A DNA stretch of 58,647 nt, counting the filler, from Basidioascus undulatus (Eukaryota): NCBI GenBank assembly GCA_000826855.1. It is 6 parts of 6 records of this genome, joined end to end, with 100 filler letters (N's around TTAATTAATTAA, not from the genome) between each part and the next. Parts side by side here need not be neighbours in the genome. Positions count along the whole stretch, not along the records: positions 19,602 to 29,265 come from JTLS01001216.1; positions 29,366 to 39,060 come from JTLS01001217.1; 4 more parts are not named here. One strand, 5' to 3'. Positions 22,611-34,588 of the stretch are shown piece after piece. Below the pieces are notes generated by a model. It searched no databases. It saw nothing but the letters and a program-made list of their open reading frames with translations, and was not told the origin of the DNA. Positions within the stretch are counted from its first letter, which is position 1. Each line of letters opens with the position of its first letter. Position numbers and translations under genes: made by a program.

Positions 22611-24286
22611 ATGACAAGTTCCGAGTCATCCGAAGTCGATGTCCTCCGTTCGCGCGTCGCCGCGCTCGAAGCCGAGCTGGCATCGCTCAAATCTTCCGAC
22701 TCATCTCCCGACACTTTCGATCCGAAAAAGCTTGCCTTGCTCGAGTATAGACGGTACGGACGTCAGATGGTCTTGGAGGGGATCGGCCTGCCCGGTGAGG
22801 TGCTTTGCCACCGCCTTTTGAGCGGCGGACACGCTGACGTCTCGATTTCTTTCAGGCCAGCTAAAGTTGAAGCAAGCCTCAGTCGTCGTCGTTGGTGCGG
22901 GTGGCTTGGGTTGCCCGGCACTCCAGTATCTTGCCTCTGCGGGTGTCGGTAAGGAGGCTCTCTCGCCAGCCGGCCTGAAGCGCAGACCGCTGCTGACATG
23001 AGGACTTCGACAGGCACGATCCACATCGTCGACCATGACCGTGTCGAGCTCAGCAACTTGCAGCGTCAGACACTGCATACCGAGTCGCGGCTAGGCTGGT
23101 ACAAGGCCGAGAGCGCACGAAAGGCTCTGCTAGAGTGCGTACATTGCCAGCCCCTCCTTCGGCCTCTGCACGAGCGGCTGAACCATCTCCCTCGCCCTTA
23201 CAAGCATCAACACCCACGTCCAGATTTATGCGCATACCTTTGCGCTCTCCTCCAACACATACACACCCCTCTTCTCGCCGCCGCCCACCCTCCTGCTCGA
23301 CTGCACAGACAACCCCACCACGCGCTACCTCCTCTCGGACCTAGCCGTCCTGCACGGCATCCCGCTCGTCTCGGGTGCGGCGACGGGTTTCGACGGGCAG
23401 GTAGTCGTATACAACCTCGGAGAGGAAGGGCCGTGCTACCGATGCCTCTTTCCACAACCGCCGCCGCGGGAAGCTGTGGGAAGCTGCGAGGAGGAGGGCG
23501 TATTGGGCGTCGTGACCGGCGCGATTGGAACTCAGCAAGCCGTGGAGGCTATCAAGCTCATCACTGGCTTACATGGTGCGTCTCCCAAAGCGTTTCACTT
23601 TCCAAGCGCGGTGCCTGACGGTCTTCGAGCCAGATAACAAGCCATCGCTCCTCATCTACTCGCCGCTCGCTTCCCCGCCGTTCCGCTCGATCAAGCTGCG
23701 CGGTCGCAAGCCCACCTGTCCGATCAAGGGCGACAGCGCGCGGATCAAGGATATCCGCGAGGTCGACTACGAGACGTTCTGTGGTGGCCCGGCGATTGAC
23801 ACGGAGTTGTCCGGTCGGACCCTCGCGCATGGTCGGATACGAGCGAAGGTGCAGCGGTGCTTTAGCTCATGCCTTCCCTTTCTTCTCGACGCTGATCCTC
23901 TTTGCCCGAGAAGGACCTTCAAGCATCCTTATCCGGGGCCCATCCTCCGAGGATCATCGATACCCGTCCGGCTGTCGAGTTCGGTATCTGCTCGTTACCC
24001 AACTCGATCAGTGCGTCGCACGGCGTTCCTTCTTTCCAGCCTGGCGTGCTGCTCACAACCAATCTGCTGCATTGCAGACGTCCCTCTTTCAGTGCTTCTC
24101 CGCGATCCCTCGGCTATACTCGTGTCGTCGTCCGACACCCTTGTCGTCTGCAAGCGCGGCAACGACTCGCAGATTGCTGCTGCCGCGTTGAGGAAGGTTG
24201 CCGGGGAGGGGGAAGCCGTGAAGGACTTGGTGGGCGGCTTGCGCGCGTGGAGCGCTGAGGTGGACAAGGAGTTCCCGATCTATTAG
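22611..24286 (+). CDS. UBA4: Adenylyltransferase/sulfurtransferase UBA4 (MOCS3), multi-exon
   Basis: [70 protein letters not shown], and a rhodanese domain with [10 protein letters not shown] ending FPIY*. Confidence 0.96.
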
Positions 24287-24368
24287 ATTTATTGCTGCCG
24301 AGTCGCATTTGGGGCTTGTCACGATGGGAGCGCAACGCAGCCATGGAGTGATCACGAAGCAGATCATC

Positions 24369-26111
24369 TCATGAGCTACCGCTGACATACATCTCCATCA
24401 AGTCCCTCGGCAACCACTCTCCCCATTTCTCCTCCCACCCCTTCCGCAGGTCCGCCTCCTCCAAGCGCCGTTGCTCAATTGCCCGCTCAAATTCTCTCCT
24501 CAACTCCTCGAACTCGTCCTCGTGTCTCTTCCGCCGTTGCAACTCCCGCCCAAGCTCGGTGTGCGCAGTCAGATACGAGCCGAAGTACTCTTCCAGCGTT
24601 GCGAGCGATTCGAACGTGCTTGATAAGATCGATATTCGAGATTGAGCAAAGGCCTGCGCAGCGTGAATGTGCATCAATGCCACATCGCAATGCGGTTGTC
24701 GACAGCGGCGGAAGAACAAACCTCGATGTCAGTCTGCAGAGCCAGGGAAGCCGAAAGCGTCTCGAAGAGCTGTTCCGCTTGGGCTTGCCGAGAGCGTGCG
24801 GCTTCAAGAGCGTCGTTATGTCGTTGCCGCAACGCTGTTGAGCGGTCGCTGCGGTTGCCAGTCTCAGCGAAAGCCAAAGCTTGGGCGGAGGGAGACGTAC
24901 TTCATCGAGCGTGCTTCCGCGAGAACCTCCTCCATCTCGGCGAGCACCGACGGAAGCTCTTCGGTGTCTTGCTCCAAGACTGCGCGCGAGATCCCATCAA
25001 ACCCGTGTCTTGGTGAGAAAGAAAAGAGATAAACCTACGCTCCAGATCTTCTTCTGTGACTTCCTCGTTCTGCGCAGTCCTTTGCCCTCACACGAAGGCA
25101 TCAGTGCGAGCCATAGCGGAAGAGAGGCACAAAGACGGACAAAACCTGCTCGTAATGCCTACCCACGCTCTCAAGCTCCTCCGCCATCTTCTCCGCCTTC
25201 TCGCGCTGATAATGATCCAGCCATCTTTCCAACTCCTTCGCTTCACGCTCCCTCTCGAGCGCGTTCTTGCTGGGCGGGGTGAGCTGAGTGAGCCGGTGGC
25301 CGAGCGACCGGGAGAGCGAGGACGACGCTCGGAGCGCTTCCTGCAAGCGGGAGACATTAATTAGGCTGTATACCATGTCCAAGATGTATTCTACCTACCT
25401 CTAGCTCGCCGCGAGCTGTGCAGAGCGTCTGGAACAACACCTCAAGTGCCGGCTCATCGATGAAGTCGCGCAGGGTGTGCTGGCGGAGCGAGCCAGGATC
25501 ATCTGCTGGAGCCTGTCACATGACAAAATATGAGCAATGTCTTCGCCGAACTTGATTGATCAGTATGGGCGGACCTGGAACGGGTCGAGGCTGTCGTGCG
25601 CGGACGGGACAGCCGGAGGATGGGTGGACTCCAGCTCGAGCAGGCGGGCATCCATGGAGGACAATCGAGCAATACAGGCGACTTTCCATTGCTACCAAGA
25701 ATCCAAATCCCTTCATTATCTCACATAAGACGAGTGACCACCTCCAGGGCGCACCTTGACCTCCTTGCTCAGGTCACTCTCCCGCTCCCTGACCTCGGCG
25801 ACCGTCCCTCGAGCCTCCTATCCGACTCGCCAAGATCGCCATCTTCAGTCTGGAACCCCTAGAGCCCATATAGAGTCGGAATAGCGCACCTCGACCGCCT
25901 TCTCCACCGCGCCCTTGACCCATCTCTCCGCAGACATCACTCCACCAAGTCCACGCAGCGTCTCCTTGGCGCTGTGCACCGCGCGTTCCGTATCATTGCA
26001 GAGCGACTCGCTCAAGAACAGCGCCTTCTTGGACTGGATCAACAGCGGTAGCAGCGGTTGCGAGGTGGAATGCGCTGGCGGTAGCGAGGGCGAGAGAGCA
26101 CTGAGCGACAT
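24369..26111 (-). CDS. ATG17: Autophagy-related protein 17, multi-exon
   Basis: LLIQSKKAL...LC, TLRDFIDE, HYEQ, and the C-terminal YLTAH.EL.RELQRRK...EE...R..WEEKWGEWLPRDL match the Atg17 pattern, with coiled-coil composition. Confidence 0.85.
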
Positions 26112-26272
26112 GGTCGTTCGAGGGCGATCTTGAAGGGGCTCTCGCGCCGTGATTGTCGACGTTGACATGTGATTCACCGCGCGAGCGCAGGTTTACCTTC
26201 AACCGCCTTCTTTGCTACGCCTCCTCTCCAGACTGACCATTTTCGCCTCTTCTTCCCCATTATTTTTCGAAC

Positions 26273-27234
26273 ATGGCTGAACTTGTCGGGGACTTTGGCG
26301 AATTCGGTTTCGATTCGGATGACTCGGGTGCGGGTGACGCGCCCGCGCTGTCCGCTCGCGAGCTTCGCCTTCGAAAAGCTTTCGGAATTTCGAAGGCAAA
26401 CTTTCCCAATGAGGTACAGATCCTCACGCACGACGTCCGTCAACCTTTCTCATACTTCATGTCGTGCTGAGGTAGCTCATCTTGGTATGCCTTGCAGTGG
26501 CATCTGGACCCCGTTCAGCTCGAGCGAACGACTGCTCTGCTCAATCAGACGCCCGGTAAGTCTCAGTTGGCACCTTACATCACGTTGTCATCTGACGTAA
26601 ACGTTTCACAGAGTACCCACTCCCCTCTCTGTACCTTCTGGGAAGATACCCCGAGGCCCTTGCACTCGCCCAGCAGCTTCTCACGACCACGCCGACCTCT
26701 TCTGCTGCCTCTGCGCGCGAGCGTGAATCACTCGACATCCTCATGCGCTGCGCCTTAAAACTCAAACAGCCCGACCTGGGTCTGCGTGAGTATGACGAGC
26801 GCGCAGAACGCTACGTGAAGGGGAATCCGGGGCTGGCGGTAACGGCGGGCGAGCTTTGGTTGCTCAAGGGCGACGTTCGAAGTAGGTATGACCGCCTCGT
26901 TTAGTTCATGCAGCAACTGACTCTGACCTCCTCAGGAGCTATCGATATCGCCTTCTACATCCATTCCGTCCGCGGCCCTCCCTCCCCCGTACTCCATCTC
27001 CTTGCCTCCGCCTTCGACGCATACAGTCCAGCCACACCCTCCACAACGGCGACGGCTTCCGGAATCCGGAATCGCATGGCCGGGAAATTTCGCTTAGACG
27101 CCGACACGCTACAGCAGGCCTGTTCGGATGTAGGACTGGAGGCGGCGAAGACGCAGGAGCTTGTGGAATACTGGATGAAGGGGCGGGATTTGGCGGATGA
27201 GGAACCGGGGAGGAAGAGCGTGAGGGAACTATAG
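26273..27234 (+). CDS. Hypothetical helical protein, multi-exon
   Basis: Consistent spliced frame MAELVGDFGEFGFDSDD...WHLDP...ERESLDILMRCALKL...NPGLAVTAGELW...RGP...KSVREL*, with canonical splice signals. Confidence 0.65.
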
Positions 27235-27382
27235 ACACGCTTCATTCGTTGCTTGTTGTTCTGCTGCCGAGATCTCTTTATGCTTCCTTGCGTTGGGGAA
27301 ATTGCTATGACTCGGGCGCACTCGCACTCGAGCACACACATCCCGGCACGCCGAACAGATAGCGTTGCAAATGCAGAATAAA

Positions 27383-29041
27383 TCAATCTTCGTCGTCTTC
27401 CTTCTTCGGCTTCTCCGGCAACCAGAATGCGAGCTCTCCGCCAGCGGTCGACGCGAACATGGTCGTGCGCGGATTGAAAGCGACGAGCCTACTGGGCGCG
27501 GCGTGGCCGTCGAGATCAACGGCGGGCAAGATCGTCGTGGCGGGCTCCTCTTCGCGGTGCTCCTCGGCTGCACGCGGACGCGCAGCGTTCAGGATGTCGT
27601 AGTAGTAGATCCTGCCATCGGCGGAGCCTATGCAGATCATTGACAGTCAGCGGCGCCGAGCCTGCGAGACGAAGCCACGCACCCGTCACGATGTATTTCG
27701 AGTCCGGCGTCCAGCTCAGCTCTCCGCGGCTCAAGCCCTGCGCGCCCTGCTCGGTCCCCAGCGTTTTGTGTCCGTCCAGACGATGAAGGGTCTGCCCGCT
27801 GAACGCGTCGAGGACGTAGTGAAACCTGCTCGCGGTACCGACGAGGAGGAGGAGGCCGTTGGGCGAGAAGTGCATGCTCGTCATGAACGGGATGCGCGGC
27901 GGGTAGGAGATGGTTTCGAGGAGGGGGTCCTTAATGGACATGTTGTGGAACGGGTCTTTGTCGTAGTTCTTGACGTCGTACAGGAGGATGACGTTCCGCG
28001 CGTTGAGCGCGACCGCGAAGACTTGGCCGTTCGGGTCGTAGGCGACCAGCGAGTGGCCGATGATGTTGAGCAGGCCCTGTGGAGCGGTGTGAGAGTGGGC
28101 GACATGCACAGTCTGCGGAGGCCTGTACGCACTTGACAGTTCGGCGTGCGCAGGTCCCATAACCGGACCGTGTCGTCGAGTGAACCGGAGAGGAAGGTGT
28201 CGTCGACGGGTGACATTTCCAGGGAGACAACTCTGCGCAAGGAGTTCAGTTACGAGCTATTGGAGATGCCAATCAAGCGTGCGCCCACTGCTTCTTATGT
28301 CCCCGGAAGTATTGCAAGTACTTGTTGTCGTGCAGCGAGTGGTATCGAATGGTATCTGAGATAGCATTCCTTTGTGAGCACGCTCTCGGCATCATATCTG
28401 AAGGTGTGTCCGCACCGTCTTCCTTCCTCGAGGCGTAGATGACGGTGGTCGACTTGTGTGTGAACTGAGCGAGGTCTACACCGTACTTCTTGCTCAACAA
28501 AGTTTTCGAATGCCTTCGGTTCAAATACAGTCAGTATATCTTGGCCTTCCAGTGCACGCGGTTGAGGGAAATCAATGCATGTGGATCCTCCTACGCCCTC
28601 GCGTTCGAACCAAGTGGTGATCTGAGCACGCTCCGTACGACGCGAGCCTCATACCGCTCGCAAGCCCATCACCGGCCCCACTGCTGCCACTCAACCTTCC
28701 TGAACAGAAAACTCACTTTCCGGTCTTGCAGTTGAAGAGCTGCAAGCTCTCGTCCTCCCCGGCCGTGATGAGGTAGTCCCCGCGATCATCGAACGCTATT
28801 GACGTGAACGCTTTCCCCTCCTCCGCATGCTCCCGGAAGAGCTTGGCTGGTTTGTAGGTGCGCTGTGGAGCATCCCCGTAAGCAAGGATAGCGAAGGACT
28901 TGTAAAGGTCGGACGGTTTGAACGGACCAGCAAGTCGCAGGTGAGTGGGACCGCTGGCGGACCAGCGGGGACCGCAGGCCCTGGCGTCGAGCCTGGGGTC
29001 GCTGATGATCTGGAACTGGAGGGAACAGCCGGTGTAGACAT
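27383..29041 (-). CDS. SWD2: WD40 protein Swd2/WDR82 (COMPASS and CPF subunit), multi-exon
   Basis: [86 protein letters not shown]...ELAFWLP. Confidence 0.95.
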
Positions 29042-29184
29042 TGGGCTGAAGTAGGGTGAAAGAGAGGAAAGTCGCGTCTGAAGAGGGCAGAAGGCAAGGT
29101 AGGACGAAGGTCAGAAGACGGCCGGGTGAGAGGCCCTGTGCTGGAGAAAAAGAGCTGTACGTCTATGTTTGGAAAGAAGCACAA

Positions 29185-29257
29185 GCCTCGCTAGCTCAAT
29201 CGGTAGAGCGTGAGACTCTTAATCTCAAGGCTGCGGGTTCGACCCCCGCGTGGGGCT
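29185..29257 (+). tRNA. tRNA-Lys(CTT), intronless
   Basis: GCCTCGC-TAGCTCAATCGGTAGAGC-G-TGAGA-CTCTTAA-TCTCA-AGGCT-GCGGG-TTCGACC-CCCGC-GTGGGGC-T, followed by TTTT. Confidence 0.97.
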
Positions 29258-29265
29258 TCCTTTTG

Positions 29266-29365
29266 NNNNNNNNNNNNNNNNNNNNNNNNNNNNNNNNNNN
29301 NNNNNNNNNTTAATTAATTAANNNNNNNNNNNNNNNNNNNNNNNNNNNNNNNNNNNNNNNNNNNN
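29266..29365. other. Artificial contig linker
   Basis: N44-TTAATTAATTAA-N44. Confidence 0.98.
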
Positions 29366-29839
29366 CCGAGGTGGGAGGGTTCAAGGGAGCAGCGGGGGCA
29401 GGGGAGGAGGGAGCGTGTGCCGAAAGGGTCCAGGAGTCTGGTGCGGTGGGATCGAGCGAGGCTAGACTGCAGGCTATGATAGTCCTCGGGGGGGCCTGCT
29501 GCTCTTCTCTGGTCTGCACTTTGCGTTGCGCTGTCGGCCAAAAAGCAAAGCAAGGCAAAGCGCGTCTTCGGAGATCGGGAGTTCGGGAGTGAAGGAAGGA
29601 AGGAGGGCAAGCAGTCCTCCCGCCGCCCTCCTGCGATAGCCGCCCGCGGCGGGTATGACACGTGTTGCGGCATCCAATTCCTCCCATTTCTTTCAAAATG
29701 CGTGAGAGATTGTGGGGGATTCGGAGGGAAATGAGGAGAGAGCGGCATCATCCCGGTGCGCTGCCAGCCCCCCGCTCGAGTTCCGTGCAGCCCGACGCCG
29801 CGACGGCCGAAGGGCGGTGAGGCGGCTGAGCGCGCTCAC

Positions 29840-29864
29840 TTGACTCGTTGGACTTGTTGACCAT
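29840..29864 (-). CDS. Possible short first coding exon (MVNKSNES) of a gene continuing toward the contig end
   Basis: Start context GCAACATGG, followed 25 nt later by a GTGAGC donor. No downstream exon identified. Confidence 0.25.
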
Positions 29865-30650
29865 GTTGCTCCACCTGTGCACGACGGTCATGTGTGTGTG
29901 CTATGAGGCATAGAAGTATGCCTCCTCATTGACGCGTATGAGATTCAAGACGTCGAGTCGACTCCCCTGTCGATACCATGCGGCCGCGGGGACAGTCGCT
30001 GTGCCCCAGCTGGTCGCCCGCACTTCGAGCGAAGACGACCAAACGATATAGCCCTGCGATAATATCAAGACTGATCTCTTCTTGGACGTTCATTCTCAAG
30101 CTCCTTGCCTTCTCTTCAAGTACCCCCTCTGCCCCCGCAAGCGAGTGACGTTTCCATCGATGCAGAGGAGCCTGAGCACATGGCGCTTGCTCCCGGTGTA
30201 TCTCTCAAGGTTGAGAACTTCAGCAGATCCGTGAGAAGTAACCACCCCCAATGGTGTTGTGCGTGTAGGAACCGTCGAGCCTGTTCTGCAACACGGCCAA
30301 TGTAACTGCGTGCGCAATCTATGTCCTTTCCGTCCTGAGTCGGCTTTCCGCTGGTCCTCACAGAAAGGTTGTTAGTCCGCGTATTTGGAATTCCGTGCAC
30401 AGAAAGCGCGCCATGCACATGGTAGAATCCTGTTCAGGTCTGGGCGGAAGAGCTGTGCGATGGGAGAGCTTTCGCAGGCACAGCGCTTTCAAAAGCCCCA
30501 TCCCCCAGGAGCCGATCTTCAAGATCCTTGTACATCATCCTCGATCCGAGCGTCCCGTTCATACAATCGTACAAAAATACACTCAAGCGTGCATCCTCCC
30601 CCGAAGACCGTCCAAACCCCCGCCTCAAAAATCCGGTATCGCGCGTCCCC

Positions 30651-31881
30651 TCAAACGCACGCCTCCCCCACCTCCATATCCAAGCAGATCATCTTCCCCG
30701 GCGCATGTCCCACAACCACCCCCTCGACCCCCGGGCTCTGCATGACCGCGAGCTGGGGCGTGACTCCGCACGCCCAGAAGACGGGCACCTCGCCTTCTTT
30801 GAGCGGCGCGGGGGCGTCGCCGAAGTCGGGGGTGTAGATGTCCGGGATGCCGAGGGAGGCGGCGGCGTTGGGACCCTGGGGCGAGCAAGTATGTCAGGAT
30901 GGGACGAACGGAGGAGTGGAGGCGTGGGAAGGAAGGAGGGGGAGGTTGAAGGGGAGGGAGATGGGGATGGGGAAGGAAGGACACACCCAAGCGATCGGCT
31001 CCCCGTGCGTGCGCACGTATGGACGCGTGAGGGAGCGGACGAGCTCGACTTGCTCGGCGGGGTAGGGGCGCATGGAGACGACTGTGTGGCCTGTGAAGAC
31101 TGTTTGTTCCGCCGAAACCCATCATGTTCAGCCATCACTGGCATTAGGTCGAGAGTAGGGTGGGGAGGTCGAAGGTCGAAGTCGGGAGTTGGTCGAGGGA
31201 AGGAAGGTAGGGGTGGGAAAAGAAGGTCGGGGGGGAGGGTGGACGAAGACTGAGAAGAACGTACTCCCGGATGGGCAAAGAGGGATGTTAGTCCGGTACA
31301 TGGGGACGTTCGTGCCCTGCTCGATGTGCCGCGGCGTAAGATTTGCGGCGCAGAGGGCGGCTTCGAAGGTGAATGAGCAGCCGACTGGGTGCGCGCCGGG
31401 AGGGGAGGGGGGTAAGTTTCCAGTGTGGGAGGGGGGAGGAGGGGAAGGAGACGCACTGAAGAACGCGACGCTGTCGTCCTTCCAGAGTGCCTTGCAGTCG
31501 GGGACGTCCGCCTCTTTCAGGATTCCATTCTCATATCTGTCCTTCCTCCCACTTAGCCTTCCACCCTCCAACCAGCTCGAACCGTTCCCGAACTCACACA
31601 TTGTACCCCGGCGCATCAGTCCTGACATCCGCATCCCCCGCCAGCGCCTCATGCAGCCTCGCATCCCCCGGCGCCCTCGTCTCGCCCAGCAGCGGGCATG
31701 CCACCGGGTTCCTCCTACAGAGCCTCCGGAAGTCATCCGCGTACTTGGACGGGAGGATGAGGATGTTCGCCTGCACCTGGCGCGGACACAGCCCCGCCGT
31801 CGGCGAGCGGAAGGACCCGGCGCGGCAGAGGAGACGCACGTCGTGCGCTGTGAGGGGGGGGGTGGGAGGCGTGGTTGACAT
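30651..31881 (-). CDS. DUF1445 / D-glutamate cyclase-like putative hydro-lyase, multi-exon
   Basis: [104 protein letters not shown]. Stop at 30651. Confidence 0.92.
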
Positions 31882-34588
31882 GCTGTGAGGAGGTGGGAGG
31901 AGGTGGGAGCAGGGAGTTGGAGTGAGGGATGGGAAGGAAAGTAGGGCAGGAGGACAGATGATCGCTGGAAGGCGTCGGTCGGTCAGTGAGAAGCCCGGGC
32001 CTGGAAGTGCACTCCGCTTGCCCTTCCGCCGCTCGGCAAGGGACGATAAGCGAGGTCTACAACTATATTCAATCCGATATAGCCATTCAATCGAGGGCTA
32101 TCAGCGAAAGCAAGCGACAGTTCAACACCTAGGGCAATGAAAGCGAGCGCGAGCGGAGAAGGCGACCTCGGAAGATGAGCGGGGGATGCGGGCCGGTCGA
32201 CGGCAGTAATGGAGTCGAACTGGCCCGATCGAGATTCCGGTGATTTTGGATTGGTTTTCGAGGAAGAATGGGGATGAAATGAAACATATAGCCTATCCTT
32301 CTTTAAAGTCACACAACACACCCGCCAGCGAAGGCATGCCGAACAGGCGTTGCTTCTTGAACCGCAAGCATCCGGAACACGTACCACATGGATGGCGCTT
32401 ACTTTTACACGTCAATCCGGGGACTATAAGCAGCCTAGATGCAAAAAAGTTGCCGAAAATAGCCTCGAGCAGTGAGCTGGTTGAAGCTCATGGGCAAGTC
32501 AGTGACTGTGAGCTGCAAGATGTGTGCCTGAGTGCGATACTTTGCCGATACTGTTGCTGGTTGGTGCCAGGATTTCCGCATCACAGCGCTTGACAGCCCC
32601 TCTGACAGTCCTGGGAAGCCTTAGCTGACTACTAACCCTGCCCACAATCTTTACTTCTTCTGAATATTTTAGCTTAAATTCATAACATTTCCAGTATATT
32701 GCATGCTCAGGATCGTCATTTCGCAGAGAGCACTACAACTACCATTCCCACTAGTGGGGAACTCGAATCGCCGCGTTGGAACCTCATCTCAGCAAATGTA
32801 CGTTCTTTAAGGTGAGGAGTTGATTGATGTTGAGGAACTGCATATTGTTCAGAAGTTTTAAAAACCCAAGACTATAAAGTTGGTATCAGGCAGTTGCGAG
32901 TGTGCAATTATATTGTGATTCACGTCTTCAAGCGGAAGCCAGCGGCAGCAGCTACTTACATCTGCGTCGGCACCCGTACAAATTTAAGCATGGCAATGAC
33001 TCTTCTCAAATTTTTTACAAACCAAGCAACAGTGATGGTAGCAATCCGAAGGGGAAAATGCGAAGAGAAAGAGCGACACTGAAGATGGGGCATGTTGGCT
33101 AACAGTAGCATATGACTAATAGGAGAGCGGCCTTGACAAGGGCGCCGCGGCGCGCCATTCGGCAACAGAGTACTGAGGACCGTCCGTCGTTGGTCGCTTG
33201 TTCGAGAGTCACACACTTCACTACGGTGTATGACACAGTCAGTATATCGAAAAGCAAGACCATGGTGTCATGAAGGGATATCAAGCTCGAAAAGTGGGAT
33301 CGAGAGGATTGCGGACGCCCGACAGCGGTTCTGCGGGTAAAGAGAGAAACGGATGTTGTTTCACCGTCCACGTCAGTCCGTGAAAGACGACGCGAGTGTG
33401 GGGATGGGAACCGCACCTTACAGAGCCTTCAGACGGCGTTGCCGACGTCCTCCCCAGTCCCCTCAGCCTTGGCTCCCTTCGGCTCACCCGCCTCCCTGAC
33501 CATCTTGCGTGCCCACTCATAGTCCTTGCGGAAGAAGTAATCGGTGACAATACAGCGCGCCTCCCCACGGGCGACCTGGCACCCTCAAGCTCAGTCTCCT
33601 CAAACGCGACCGGGTATCCGTCGAGGGTCACAGTACTGCGAACCGCGGCTGAACGCGTGTTGCTCCGCCGGAGCTGACGGTTGCCCTTGGCCACTATCAA
33701 GGTCTCCGTCTGTTACCAGTAAACTATAAAGTTAGAGCCTCCCAAGAATGTGCAGCAAGAGAGGGGCATTTGCCGCGGTGCTGGAGACGTGCCTCGACGC
33801 CAAATGAGCACGGCGGCACTTCCGGCGAGCAGAACGACCGATCCCACCGAGAAACCAGTGCCGTCCGAGTAACGCTCGACGTTAAGAGGCTGACGCGCGG
33901 ACGGCCGTGGAGTCGAAGAGAGGGTGAGGGAAGCGGTAGAAGGGGCGGATGGCGGCGGGAGTGCGCATTTCGTTTGGTGTTCGATTGAGAAATGGATAGG
34001 TTGATACGAGGAGGAGTCTGGTAGGAGTGGTAAGAAGGAGACAGGGCAAGCCCGCTGGCACTACTCAAGAGGGTGCAGACGAATATCCTTCTACTTGCGC
34101 AAAACGGAGTACGCCTGTGGCGACGGATCGGACGGCGGCAGGCGGCAGTACTTACCCTAATCTTGGCGGGGTGCGCATGATCGCATTGTTTCATGGGGTG
34201 GTTTTTTTGGGGGGCCGGGGGGGGTGGGGGGAGGTACACATCGGATGCGCGACAGGAAGCCACGCACGCTGCGTGGGACGGCCGCTCGCAAGCAACGCTA
34301 CGAAGGAAGAGGAGAGCAGATCGGATCTGAGAAAGTATCATTTGACAAAGTCACCGCGGATGTTTGAAAAGCTTGAGGATTCCGCACAGTTCAAGGTTCC
34401 CGGGGGTTCCGAAGAGGATAGGCTAGAGTGGACGAAAGTATCCATATCTCGGTCAGAGCTGCGAACAAATTTTTCACATCCGCTGCCTCGAAAAGCACGT
34501 CCCTGTCAGCCAGGATCTCATTCGAATGCTACTTCTACATGATTGGGATACCATCTTGTACTAGTACATCTCCGTTACCACAAGCAGT

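Noticed and set aside
9173..26111. ATG11 plus ATG17 as an autophagy gene cluster
   Set aside because: They are on different contigs separated by two linkers.
22611..29257. Functional link between UBA4 and the nearby tRNA-Lys
   Set aside because: The Uba4/Urm1 pathway thiolates U34 tRNAs (Lys UUU, Glu UUC, Gln UUG). This gene is Lys(CUU).
32747..32758. CCCACTAGTGGG palindrome as a Helitron 3' end
   Set aside because: CTAG is at the centre of the palindrome rather than downstream of a separate hairpin, and there is no other Helitron evidence.
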